From the NCBI GenBank assembly GCA_024401305.1, contig JAKSLI010000012.1:2672-66671 (forward strand): 64,000 bases of DNA, given 5' to 3'. Shown in pieces: positions 10,520-20,282 of the stretch. The stretch is from Bacteroidaceae bacterium (GTDB taxonomy: Bacteria; Bacteroidota; Bacteroidia; Bacteroidales; Bacteroidaceae). The number at the start of each line of letters is the position of its first letter. Position 1 is the stretch's first letter. Made by a program: the position numbers and the translations under genes. Under the pieces are notes generated by a model, which saw only the letters and a program-made list of their open reading frames with translations, was not told the DNA's origin and did no database searches.

Positions 10520-12730
10520 TTACGGCTTGTCCGTCATCCAGCATTCAAGTGTACCGCCATTCACAATGTCTGAATGCTTGATGAACATTCGTCTTAGGGA
10601 CTTGCCGTTGAGTGTAGCTCGTTCAATATAGATATTCTCCTTGCTTGCGTTATGTGCTATTATTGTGAAGGTCTTGCCGTTTTCGAGTGGCAATTCAATC
10701 TTTGGGAACATAGGACTTCCTATTGCGTATTCGCCTGAAACAGGGCAAACAGGGTAGAAGCCCATTGCCGAGAATATGAACCATGCGGACATCTGCCCTG
10801 CATCGTCATTGCCTGAGAGTCCACCGAGCTTTGAAGAATACTCCGTGTCGAGGATGAAGCGCACCCATTGCTGCGTCTTTTCCGGTGCGTTTGTATAGTT
10901 GAAGAGGTAAGCTACCTGATGGCAAGGTTCGTTTCCATGCCAATAAAGACGCTGCGTGAAAAGCGATTCCAGACGATTTGTGAATGCTTTTTTGCCACCA
11001 AGTTTGCCGATAAGTCCGTTTACATCTTGCGGAACATACCAGATGTAATGGCATTGCCATCCTTCGGTGATGTAAGAAGGACGGACGGTGAGGTCAGCGT
11101 CGTAGTTTTCTATGAGCAGATTGAATACATTCTTCCAGTTTCCGCTGCGTCGCATCAGTTCCTTGTAATGCTTCTTATCGCCTTGAATCTTAGCCATTTG
11201 TGCCACGCAGTAATCATCGTAGGCATATTCCAGCGTGCGACTTGCTTGTTCCCTCTTGTGGTAAGCGTAAGGCACCGTGTCAGAAAGAGGGATGTAGCCG
11301 TATTTCAGATAACTGTTGAGAGCGCGACGTCCCTTGCCGTCGATGTATTCTTCTATTATAGAAGGCTGCTCGTAAGCGTTCTTCAGCATAGCCTCGTAAG
11401 CAGTCTTGTAGTCGAAACCCTTGATTTTTTTTACGGCTGCTTCCGCAAGGATGTCCGCACAATGGTCGCCAATCATTGCTGCCGTGTAGTTGTTCCAGCA
11501 AGGGAATATGGGAAGCCAACCAGCCGTCTTGTACATCGTCAGGAGAGAGTTCATCATTTCGCCGGATAGAGTAGGGGAAATGATGGTAAGAAGAGGATGC
11601 AGGGCGCGGTAAGTGTCCCACGCAGAGAAGTCCATGAAATAAGGCGAAGTGCCGGCTTCTATGGCTTCAGAGGCAAACGCTGGGTGCTTTCCGTCGCAAT
11701 CGCTGATGTCGTGAGGAAGGAAGGCTGCGTGGTATTGGGCTGTGCGGAATTGGAGGAGCTTGTCGTGGAGGTAGGAATTAGACCGAAGAGAAGCGAGATT
11801 CTCGGGGGCATCGATATCTTCGAGGGTAGCGAGATTCTCGGCATTATCGATGTTTCCATAGACTCGAATCTTTCCGAATTCCTTCTCCCAAACGACTTGT
11901 AGGTTTTGCTTTGTCTGTTCAAAGTTCCAGTCGGGTTGCTCTGTTTGCAGATTGTTAATTGCACCTTCTGCTGAAACAAATGAATTTGCGCACTTCACGA
12001 GAACATTCTTCTTTGCGAACCTTATCCAAAGAATGCCGTCTTTCATGCCATGGTCTGCTAAATCACCTTCCTGGAATTGCACAACGCAATGGCCCGTCAT
12101 TCCTGAATATTCGCCCTTGCCTTGGTAAATGCGATGAACAGGATTGCTTGCCGTGATGCGATTGTTCCTTGCGTCGAAAGTAATCTTTCCCATGCCTTCG
12201 TCGCTGTTCGTGTTGAAAGCGAGGTAAGCTTCTTCTGGATTATCATAAGTGAAGCGGAAGATTGCCGTTCGGGAAGTGGCAGTAAGTTCTGAGAAAACGC
12301 CTGGGGTTTGCACGCTGTAGTAGTGGGGAGTTGCAATCTCATTGCTGAATTTCTGCGCCCTTTCCGTAGGCGAAAGCTTCGCTTTGCTTGTCAAAGGCAT
12401 GAGAGTGAACGAACCATAGTCTTGCGTAGCACCACCCACAATCCAATGACTAGAGCGGAACCCTTGCAGTTTCTCGTCGCTGCTGTAATACGGACAGACG
12501 CCTTTCTTCTCAGTATCACGCGTTTGCGGTGCCCAGAAAGTCATGCCGTGAGGCACGAGAACAGCTGGCAAAGTGTGACCTTGTTCCTCCGTGTGCTTTC
12601 CGAAACGACCGGCAGAGTTCGTCTGCGCCGCCTGAGTGCCAAGACGAGTATCAATCACTATCTTCTGTTGTGCAAAGGAAGTTGAAAGTGAAAGATGAAA
12701 AGTGAAGAATATGAGAAGAAACTTCCGCAT
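10520..12730 (-). CDS. GH92 alpha-mannosidase-family glycoside hydrolase
   Basis: PAVLVPHGMTFW.PQT, DYGSF, WDTYRALHPL, MIGDH, SRTLEYAYDD, HGNEP, GNDDAGQMSAW. Confidence 0.92.
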   Translation of the reverse strand: MRKFLLIFFTFHLSLSTSFAQQKIVIDTRLGTQAAQTNSAGRFGKHTEEQGHTLPAVLVPHGMTFWAPQTRDTEKKGVCPYYSSDEKLQGFRSSHWIVGGATQDYGSFTLMPLTSKAKLSPTERAQKFSNEIATPHYYSVQTPGVFSELTATSRTAIFRFTYDNPEEAYLAFNTNSDEGMGKITFDARNNRITASNPVHRIYQGKGEYSGMTGHCVVQFQEGDLADHGMKDGILWIRFAKKNVLVKCANSFVSAEGAINNLQTEQPDWNFEQTKQNLQVVWEKEFGKIRVYGNIDNAENLATLEDIDAPENLASLRSNSYLHDKLLQFRTAQYHAAFLPHDISDCDGKHPAFASEAIEAGTSPYFMDFSAWDTYRALHPLLTIISPTLSGEMMNSLLTMYKTAGWLPIFPCWNNYTAAMIGDHCADILAEAAVKKIKGFDYKTAYEAMLKNAYEQPSIIEEYIDGKGRRALNSYLKYGYIPLSDTVPYAYHKREQASRTLEYAYDDYCVAQMAKIQGDKKHYKELMRRSGNWKNVFNLLIENYDADLTVRPSYITEGWQCHYIWYVPQDVNGLIGKLGGKKAFTNRLESLFTQRLYWHGNEPCHQVAYLFNYTNAPEKTQQWVRFILDTEYSSKLGGLSGNDDAGQMSAWFIFSAMGFYPVCPVSGEYAIGSPMFPKIELPLENGKTFTIIAHNASKENIYIERATLNGKSLRRMFIKHSDIVNGGTLECWMTDKP

Positions 12731-12765
12731 TTGTTTGTGGTTATTTTCTCGAGGATATGGCTCTT

Positions 12766-15700
12766 TTACTTGCTAATCCTAATCTTGTAATCCTTTATAC
12801 CGCCTGGCACATTGCTTTCCATTCGTGGGAGATACTGAAGGGCTGAGAGTGTGTATTCCTTGCCAAGGTCGATGATTATGGCGTGAGGGAACTGCTTGCC
12901 GCTTACTGTGCTCCAGTAGGTTGACTCCTGAAGGTCGTAGGCTTTCTCTGCAGAGTAGTTGCCCTTCTCGGTTTCCTCGCTGTCGGCATAGACTACCTTC
13001 CAATTCTCGCGGCTGATGCGCTTGCCGTTCTGGTCAACAAGATAGAGTTCGGCGATGCATGCGCGAGTAGTGCCTTCCTGATTATTGAGGGCTTCAAGCT
13101 GAACATAGCGACCAGTCATTGGCTGCTGGAACTTCACTTCCTTCCATCCGTTGCCGGCAGAGAACTGACCTTCAACGACTGTTCCTGCGTAGTTCTTTAT
13201 GCCATCAGGAATCTGGTTCTTGCGTGTCTTTGCCTTGACGACATTGAGCTTGTCAATGAGAGGCTTGTCAAGACCTTCGCTTTGTGCTGCGTTTGGTCCT
13301 ACGATGTCTAGGACAATGATTTCGTTCTTGCCTTTCTTAAGCCAACAGCCTGGACAATAGAGCGTTTGCTGCGGACCAATCTCCCAGATTCTTCCGAGAG
13401 CATAGCCGTTCACATAAACCAAACCTTTGCCGAAAGTCTCGAAGTTGAGGAATGTGTCGCCTACCTTATTCACATTGAATGTCGCCTTATAATAGCCCGG
13501 TACGCGGTCGCCATTATTCAAAGGAGAAAGAGTCTCAAGCTTCTCGTAGTTCTGCTGCTTTGCGAACTCGTAAGTATCAGGAAGGAGATAGTTCTTCCAG
13601 TTGCGAAGGGAAGTAGTGAACTTGTTGCCCTCAAGGTCGATAGTAAGGTCAACGGTTCCGTCGATTCCCTTGAAATCCTTTATCGCACGACCGAAGTTTA
13701 TTCTTCCCATAGCCTCTACGAGAAGGTCGAGTTTGGCGCCTTTCGCACAAGTAGGTAAAGTGATGTCTGTCTCGCCTTTCACGCGATTGAGCACACCGAT
13801 GTATCTTCCGTCAACAAACACCTGCACATAGTCGTGACCACCAGCGATGTGAAGCTTTGCAGGCTTCTGTATCTCAGGCAATGTTGTGCTGTAGATGATT
13901 GATCCCCAGCCTTGGTCGAACTCTTCCATTGTCTGCACTTCATCAGTCTCAATAGGCTGTGGTAGATTCTGGAAGATAGGAGCATATTCCGTGAAATCGA
14001 ACTTCTGGACAGTTGTTATTGGAAGAGCCTTAGGAGCAGCTGGCAGAGGTTTGTCTGTATAGTTCTGGAGAAGGCTGCGAAGCTCGTCATACTTCGGAGT
14101 GGTTTGTCCGTATTCGTTTATAGGTGCGTCGTAGTCGTAAGATGTGACATCAGGAGCAAAGCCTGGAGAGTTTGCACCAGCCCAATGACCGAACGAAGTG
14201 CCACCGTGAGTCATGTATAGAGAGAACGAGATGTTGCGGTCAAGCATATCCTTGATGCCACCAACCATATCCTTTGAAGAACGAGTCTCATGCTTTGCAC
14301 CCCACTTGTCGAACCATCCGCTCCAGAACTCTGAACACATCAAAGGAGCATCAGGACGCACCTCCTTGAGTTTACGGAACTCGCGGTCAATGTTGGCACC
14401 AGTACCGAAGTTCATTGTCCAAACTAGGTCGTCAAGACCGTTGTTGAGGAAATTGCTAGACCAGTCGCACTGGAACAAGGCTGTTCTTCCGAAACCAACC
14501 TCACGAAGACAGTCGCGAATCTCGCTGACATAAGGCTTGTCAACGCCGTAAGAACCGTACTCGTTCTCCACCTGAACCATGATGATAGGTCCACCGTTCT
14601 GGATGGTTAGCGGTGCGAGTTGCTTGCCCACTTCCTGCTCGAAAATCTTCACACGCTCAAGGAAATAAGGGTCGCGTTCACGAAGCTTGATGTCCTTCTT
14701 CTTGAGAAGCCACCAAGGCAGACCTCCCATCTCCCATTCTGCGCAAACGTATGGTCCAGGGCGAACTATGACATACATGCCGTTCTTCTGTGCCAAGCGA
14801 CAGAACTCAGCCACGTCGTTGTTGCCGGTCCAATCAAATTGGCCTTCCTTCTGTTCGTGGATGTTCCAGAAGATGTAGATGCATATAGTGTTCATTCCCA
14901 ACGCCTTGCACATCTTTATACGATGCTCCCAATAAGCGCGAGGAATGCGAGGATAGTGTATTTCGGCAGCTTTCACGATGAACGGCTGACCGTTGAGAAG
15001 GAATGTTCCCTTGCCTGCCTCGAAAGTGCCCTTTGCCTTAGGATAGTTTATGAAATGAACACCTTCCTTTGCGTTGTCGAGTTGCACGCCAGTAGGCTTG
15101 CCCTGAATGAAACCTTCGCCGAGACAAGGACGACGGTCATATACGCCTTTAGGGTATTTCGTGACGCTTTGCTTCTTGATGTCAACATTATCGAAGAAGA
15201 TGTGATGTACCTTTCCTTCCGTGTCAGCACCGATGAAAGAGCCGTTTTCGCTGAGTCCGCTGATGTTCTTGAAAGTAATGTACGACACCTCGCCGCACTT
15301 TCCTTCCGTAGCACCCTTAGGGAAACGCCAACCAGCATCCTTGTGGTTACCTACGGCACGCGGATAACTCGTCACGTAAATCGGTTCTGCCTTGCCCCAC
15401 CACACGTCGCTGAACAATCGGCATTCAACTTCCATGTTCTTGAAAGTCACGTTGGTAACGGTGCCTTCGTCACGGTTCTGTATGCCAAGACCACGGTTAC
15501 TCGCAGTGATCTTGCAATCCTCGAAAGTAACGTTGCAGATGCTGTCCATGTTCTCGCTACCAATCTTTATTGTGCAAGAGCGACCAGTCATCACGCAGTT
15601 CCTTACATGAATGTCGCGACACTGCTGAGAGAGCATCGTGATGCCCTTTGGATTAAGGTAAGTGAACGCCTGCATATAGCCAGGACTATACTCACGACGG

Positions 15701-16407
15701 TTCTTCAGGCAGATGCAGTCGTCGCCGCTTTCAATGTGGCAATTCCATATCTCAACATTGCGAGTGTGGTCGAGGTCTATGCCGTCGCCGTTGCGAATCT
15801 TGAGTTGGTTGAGGAGATTCATGTCATGAATCTTAGCACCGTCGCAACCTACGAGATGCACTGTCCAGTAAGCACCGTTCTGGATAGTGACGCCAGTGAT
15901 TTCCGTATTACGGCAACCGAAGATGGTGAGAAGGTGTGGACGTGGGTCGAACTTAGGATCCTTGAGTTCCTTCAGCACATAGCTATCCTCAAGTTCAGGT
16001 CCCATGAACGCTATACCATTGCCGTCGATTGAGCCTTCACCGCTGATAGTTATGTTCTCTTCGCCATTAGCCCAAAGCCACAGCATACCTTCGCCACGGT
16101 TGTCGCCGAAAGCAGACATCGTGTAAGTGGCTTCGTTAGGGTCAGCGAGAAGCTTGCTGCCTTTCGCAAATCTATAGTTTACATTACCCTTAAGCTGCAA
16201 TGGTCCGCAAAGGTAAGTCTTGCCAGCAGCAAATTCCACGATGCCGCCGCCCTTGCCTGCACATTCGTAGATACATTGCTGTACGGCACGAGTGTCATCA
16301 GACTTTCCGTCGCCCTTGGCACCATACTGTGAAGGAGAGAAAACATTCTGTGCCATTGCTATTACTGGCATCAGAACAAAGGATAGTAGTAAGGTTATAT
16401 TTTTCAT
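12766..16407 (-). CDS. Fused GH28 (pectinase-like) - GH35 beta-galactosidase - CBM32 protein
   Basis: GAKGDG, NGDGID, GDDCI and IKIGSE (GH28); AAEIHYPRIP, RPGPYVCAEW, QVENEYG, SEFWSGWF and TSYDYDAP (GH35); C-terminal F5/8-type domain; one signal peptide. Confidence 0.88.
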   Translation of the reverse strand: MKNITLLLSFVLMPVIAMAQNVFSPSQYGAKGDGKSDDTRAVQQCIYECAGKGGGIVEFAAGKTYLCGPLQLKGNVNYRFAKGSKLLADPNEATYTMSAFGDNRGEGMLWLWANGEENITISGEGSIDGNGIAFMGPELEDSYVLKELKDPKFDPRPHLLTIFGCRNTEITGVTIQNGAYWTVHLVGCDGAKIHDMNLLNQLKIRNGDGIDLDHTRNVEIWNCHIESGDDCICLKNRREYSPGYMQAFTYLNPKGITMLSQQCRDIHVRNCVMTGRSCTIKIGSENMDSICNVTFEDCKITASNRGLGIQNRDEGTVTNVTFKNMEVECRLFSDVWWGKAEPIYVTSYPRAVGNHKDAGWRFPKGATEGKCGEVSYITFKNISGLSENGSFIGADTEGKVHHIFFDNVDIKKQSVTKYPKGVYDRRPCLGEGFIQGKPTGVQLDNAKEGVHFINYPKAKGTFEAGKGTFLLNGQPFIVKAAEIHYPRIPRAYWEHRIKMCKALGMNTICIYIFWNIHEQKEGQFDWTGNNDVAEFCRLAQKNGMYVIVRPGPYVCAEWEMGGLPWWLLKKKDIKLRERDPYFLERVKIFEQEVGKQLAPLTIQNGGPIIMVQVENEYGSYGVDKPYVSEIRDCLREVGFGRTALFQCDWSSNFLNNGLDDLVWTMNFGTGANIDREFRKLKEVRPDAPLMCSEFWSGWFDKWGAKHETRSSKDMVGGIKDMLDRNISFSLYMTHGGTSFGHWAGANSPGFAPDVTSYDYDAPINEYGQTTPKYDELRSLLQNYTDKPLPAAPKALPITTVQKFDFTEYAPIFQNLPQPIETDEVQTMEEFDQGWGSIIYSTTLPEIQKPAKLHIAGGHDYVQVFVDGRYIGVLNRVKGETDITLPTCAKGAKLDLLVEAMGRINFGRAIKDFKGIDGTVDLTIDLEGNKFTTSLRNWKNYLLPDTYEFAKQQNYEKLETLSPLNNGDRVPGYYKATFNVNKVGDTFLNFETFGKGLVYVNGYALGRIWEIGPQQTLYCPGCWLKKGKNEIIVLDIVGPNAAQSEGLDKPLIDKLNVVKAKTRKNQIPDGIKNYAGTVVEGQFSAGNGWKEVKFQQPMTGRYVQLEALNNQEGTTRACIAELYLVDQNGKRISRENWKVVYADSEETEKGNYSAEKAYDLQESTYWSTVSGKQFPHAIIIDLGKEYTLSALQYLPRMESNVPGGIKDYKIRISK

Positions 16408-16429
16408 AAGGTTCAGAGTATATTTGCTG

Positions 16430-16437
16430 CAAATTTA
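16430..16437 (-). promoter_or_regulatory. -7 promoter element for the GH28-GH35/GH92 operon
   Basis: Reverse complement is TAAATTTG, about 22 bp upstream of the start. Confidence 0.6.
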
Positions 16438-16543
16438 TACATTATTTATAATAAAACAAACACTTTTGTCAATAATCTGATATTTTCGATGAATTGACGA
16501 TAATCATTCTGCCATAATTCATTCTTTTATTGCAAGAATGTCG

Positions 16544-16551
16544 TATATTTG
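16544..16551 (+). promoter_or_regulatory. -7 promoter element for the second GH92
   Basis: TATATTTG about 30 bp upstream of ATG 16582. Confidence 0.6.
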
Positions 16552-16581
16552 CTGCGTAATTCATCAACCAGAAAAGCATCC

Positions 16582-18873
16582 ATGCGAAATAGATTTCTCC
16601 TTACATTTTTCATTCTTCATCTTTCATTTTTCACTTCCATAGCCTTTGCTGCCAATGACCTTACACGCTATGTTGATCCGATGATTGGCTCGGAAGGAGT
16701 GGGAAGGGTTGTCATTGGTCCGTCGTGTCCGTTCGGAATGGTCAAGCCTTCGCCTGATTGCACGGTGGCTCCGAACAGCGGTTGGCTGCCGATGCCTACG
16801 CAGGTGAATGGTTTTTCGCAGACGCATGTCAGTGGTACCGGTGGAGGTCCGAAGTATGGCAATGTGCTTGTCATGCCTTACAACTCGCCTTCGCAACATA
16901 TTGTCGATGGCAAGACGACTGGCGACGACGCTTTCTGGGTTGACTACCGAATGTGGGAGAAGGCAGAGCTTGGCTATTACGCTACGAAATTCTCAAAGAG
17001 TGGCATAACAACAGAGGTGACCACTTCCGAGCGTGCTTCAATCTATCGCTGCGAATATCCTCAGTGGGGAGAGCATTGCATGGTAGTTGATGCCGGCTTC
17101 TTCCTTGGTGAGAATCCTGTTCCAAAGGCTCGTGAGGCGCAGCAGTTTGAAGGTTCGGCGATGATGCAGATGGCAAACAATGCCGTAGGCGGTTTCACGA
17201 GTATCAGTGGTGGTTGGAACAATGGTGGTCAATATACAGTGTTCTTCTATTGCGAAACATCAGAAGACTTTCTCTTGGCAAAGAAATGGGGAGAGTTTGG
17301 CAATGATAATTTATTAATTATAAATGATAGATTAACACAAAATCATACAAAGACAGGCTGCGTTCTTCGCTTTGCAGGCAATCCTGAGCAAGTTCTGATG
17401 AAGGTCGGAATATCATTCGTGAGTATTGAACAAGCAAAGCGTAACGCGCAGCAAATCAATGGGTTTGACTTCGACGGCACTCTCGCTTTGTTAAAGGCAA
17501 AATGGCAGTCAATCTTTGAGAGAATGACTATCAGCGAGAAGTCAACGGAAGCACAAAAGCGAATGTTCTACACTGGAATCTATCACACTATGATTGAGCC
17601 TGTTGACCGCACTGGCGAGAATCCGAAGTGGCAATGTGACGAACCTTATTACGACGATTTCTATGCTCTTTGGGACACTTACCGCACATCGCTTCCACTC
17701 ATCACTCTCATCGATCAGCAGAAGGAAGTAGATATCGTTCGCTCTCTCATAGACATCTATGAGCATGACGGCTTCATGCCTGATGCTCGTAGCGGAAACA
17801 GCAACGGCAGAACGCAGGGAGGTTCAAATGCGGAAGTGGTAATAGCCGATGCTTTCGTGAAGAATCTGAAGGGCATTGACTATGAGAAAGGCTTGCGCGC
17901 GATGCTTAAGGATGCCGAAGTAGCACCAGAAGACGATGAAGCGGAAGGTCGTGGCGGTCTCAAGGAATACAATGCTCTCGGTTTTGTTCCTTACGGAATT
18001 GATAGAGCTGGCAATCGAACTGTGGAATATTCCCTTTGCGACTATTGCATAGCTGTCGTGGCTGACGGCTTGTACAAGCAAGGAAGTAGGGCGAAGTTCT
18101 CAGAACCGCTGAATGCCATTGCCGATAAATATTTCAAGAAAGCACACAACTGGCAGAATCTTTGGCGTGCTGACTATGAACATGACGGTGTTAGGGGATT
18201 CATAATGCCTCGCACAGCCGACAGAAAATGGATTGACGATGCTCCTTACGGCGACCCTTCCATGGGCATGACTTTCCGCTATACTCCAACAACCAATGAG
18301 GCTCCGTGGAACAATAAGTGGTGGGGAACATTCTTCTATGAGGCAACTTCGTGGGAGTATTCCATGAGCATGACTCACGACATCCCGCTGCTCGTTGAAA
18401 CATGTGGCGGCAAGGAGGCTTTTGAGAAGCGTCTCGACACATTCTTCGCTAAGAAATATTATAATGTAGGCAATGAACCTTCGTTCCTTTCGCCATGTCT
18501 TTATCATTGGGCAGGTAAGCCTGACAAGACCAGTGCTTGTGTTCATAAGATAATAAACGAGTGCTACAACGATTCGCACGAAGGACTTCCTGGCAACGAT
18601 GACTCGGGAGCAATGAGTTCATGGCTTGCGTTCCACATGATAGGTCTTTATCCTAACGCCGGCACCGACGAATATATCCTTCATGCGCCTATGGTGGAAA
18701 GTTGCACGATGACACTCGCCAATGGCAAGAAGTTCACTATCAATACAAATGGATTTGCGCCTAACCGCACGCGTATCAGTAAGATAACGCTCAACGGAAA
18801 GGCTTATCCTCATCGCACCATCAAGCATAGCGACATAATGAATGGTGGTGTGCTTACTTTGCATATCAAATAG
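16582..18873 (+). CDS. GH92 alpha-mannosidase-family glycoside hydrolase
   Basis: YVDPMIG, PFGMV, FSQTHVSGTGG, WDTYRT, TQGGSNA, RTVEYS, GNEPSF, PGNDDSGAMSSW; start moved to the ATG after the promoter. Confidence 0.92.
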   Translation: MRNRFLLTFFILHLSFFTSIAFAANDLTRYVDPMIGSEGVGRVVIGPSCPFGMVKPSPDCTVAPNSGWLPMPTQVNGFSQTHVSGTGGGPKYGNVLVMPYNSPSQHIVDGKTTGDDAFWVDYRMWEKAELGYYATKFSKSGITTEVTTSERASIYRCEYPQWGEHCMVVDAGFFLGENPVPKAREAQQFEGSAMMQMANNAVGGFTSISGGWNNGGQYTVFFYCETSEDFLLAKKWGEFGNDNLLIINDRLTQNHTKTGCVLRFAGNPEQVLMKVGISFVSIEQAKRNAQQINGFDFDGTLALLKAKWQSIFERMTISEKSTEAQKRMFYTGIYHTMIEPVDRTGENPKWQCDEPYYDDFYALWDTYRTSLPLITLIDQQKEVDIVRSLIDIYEHDGFMPDARSGNSNGRTQGGSNAEVVIADAFVKNLKGIDYEKGLRAMLKDAEVAPEDDEAEGRGGLKEYNALGFVPYGIDRAGNRTVEYSLCDYCIAVVADGLYKQGSRAKFSEPLNAIADKYFKKAHNWQNLWRADYEHDGVRGFIMPRTADRKWIDDAPYGDPSMGMTFRYTPTTNEAPWNNKWWGTFFYEATSWEYSMSMTHDIPLLVETCGGKEAFEKRLDTFFAKKYYNVGNEPSFLSPCLYHWAGKPDKTSACVHKIINECYNDSHEGLPGNDDSGAMSSWLAFHMIGLYPNAGTDEYILHAPMVESCTMTLANGKKFTINTNGFAPNRTRISKITLNGKAYPHRTIKHSDIMNGGVLTLHIK

Positions 18874-18957
18874 GGTTCTTTTGGGCTTTTGCAAATAAAA
18901 ATGCATGTAAAAACCAAAAAACTTTCAAAAGCTTTTTGATTATTGAATAATTAGTGT

Positions 18958-18965
18958 TACATTTG
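18958..18965 (+). promoter_or_regulatory. -7 promoter element
   Basis: TACATTTG upstream of ATG 19019. Confidence 0.55.
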
Positions 18966-19018
18966 CACCCGAAAGTATAACATGAAAAATATCACTGTTT
19001 AACAATTTACATTTCAAA

Positions 19019-19747
19019 ATGGGATTCTTTGGAAAATTAATTGGCGATGCACTCGGACAGGTTGTAAGTGACACTGTCGGTAAGGTAGTGAAGGAAGCCA
19101 TAGCTGGAGACAATACTTCAAACGCTAACCAGAACAGCGCTACTCAGAACAATATTGTGGGCGGACAGGCTAAACCACAAACTTCTGGTGGTATGGTTGA
19201 TATTTTGTCTCGTTTGCAAAACGCTGTCAACGAAGTGGAAAAACTTGGAAATTCAGAAGGTGTCATGTCTTGCCTCGCAAGATGGGATACAATTCTTCCA
19301 CAATATCCGAAATGGGATCTTCCTGCAAAGACTATGTCGATAGAGCGTTATAATGATGGTGATGGCGGTTATTTCTACTCACTTGACGTAGAGGTTGAAC
19401 ACGAGGTAGAGATGGAGCAATTCCGCAACATCTATTGTGACAGACTTCGTAATGCTGGTTTCCATAAGGCAGGCAAATATCCTAGTGAAGACCATTATTA
19501 CAAGCGCATCCTAGGTGTTGTTTACCATGTTGACCTTGAGCATTGGCATGAAAACGATACCGTCCTCAACATCCTGTACCGTAAAGGAGAACCGGAAGGT
19601 GGCTACGATTATAATCCTACTGGAGAGCCTACATGGGGCGATGTCATTAATGCGGTTAGTGGAAATCAGTCAGGAAACCAGTCAAGCAATCAGTCAGGAC
19701 GACAGTCTGGCAAGAGCTTTTTCGACATGCTCAAGGATTCTCTTTAA
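19019..19747 (+). CDS. Hypothetical protein with amphipathic termini and SGNQ-type repeats
   Basis: 242 aa ORF with its own promoter and A-rich start context; no recognised family. Confidence 0.75.
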   Translation: MGFFGKLIGDALGQVVSDTVGKVVKEAIAGDNTSNANQNSATQNNIVGGQAKPQTSGGMVDILSRLQNAVNEVEKLGNSEGVMSCLARWDTILPQYPKWDLPAKTMSIERYNDGDGGYFYSLDVEVEHEVEMEQFRNIYCDRLRNAGFHKAGKYPSEDHYYKRILGVVYHVDLEHWHENDTVLNILYRKGEPEGGYDYNPTGEPTWGDVINAVSGNQSGNQSSNQSGRQSGKSFFDMLKDSL

Positions 19748-19791
19748 CCCCATAACATAGAAACCTTTAAACCTAAAAACCTTATATTACT

Positions 19792-20190
19792 ATGGCAGAA
19801 GAAAAAAACTTCCAACAGAATGCTCAGGAGCAGTTTGAAAAAGCAATGAATACTCCTGATTCAACAAACGAACTCGATCCACAGGATATTGAGAAGAACA
19901 AAGTGATGGCTGTTCTTGCATATTGCGGTATCCTCGTTCTCATCCCACTTATGGCAGCAAAGGAGTCAAAGTTTGCTCGCTTCCACTGCAATCAGGGAAT
20001 CGTTCTTTTGGTAATCGAACTTGTTCTTTCTGTTGCAGGTTGGTATTTCCCAGCAGGTATTGCTTGGATTATTAACCTCGTTAATATTGCAGTTGGTATC
20101 CTTGCCATCCTTGGTATCATCAATGCCATCAAGGGTCGTGCAAAGGAACTCCCATTGGTTGGTGGACTTAAGGTCATCAGCGGCGTATAA
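19792..20190 (+). CDS. DUF4870/Tic20-like small membrane protein
   Basis: NKVMAVLAY.GIL..IPL, FARFHCNQG, GIINA.KG..KELPLVG; three TM segments. Confidence 0.8.
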   Translation: MAEEKNFQQNAQEQFEKAMNTPDSTNELDPQDIEKNKVMAVLAYCGILVLIPLMAAKESKFARFHCNQGIVLLVIELVLSVAGWYFPAGIAWIINLVNIAVGILAILGIINAIKGRAKELPLVGGLKVISGV

Positions 20191-20216
20191 GTACTAAGAC
20201 GAAATATTTGATTAAT

Positions 20217-20252
20217 CGCTGGAATGGGTTGCCTTTGCTGCCCGTTTCAGCG
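20217..20252 (+). terminator. Probable intrinsic terminator
   Basis: cgctggaatggg...cccgtttcagcg stem followed by a T-rich tail. Confidence 0.55.
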
Positions 20253-20282
20253 TATTGTATTTATTTTACTCAGTTTTCATAG

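Noticed and set aside
14620-16032. 470-aa ORF on the + strand
   Set aside because: It lies antisense to the GH28-GH35 gene and is a codon-bias shadow. The same applies to 45315-46373, 51212-52054 and 54446-55237.
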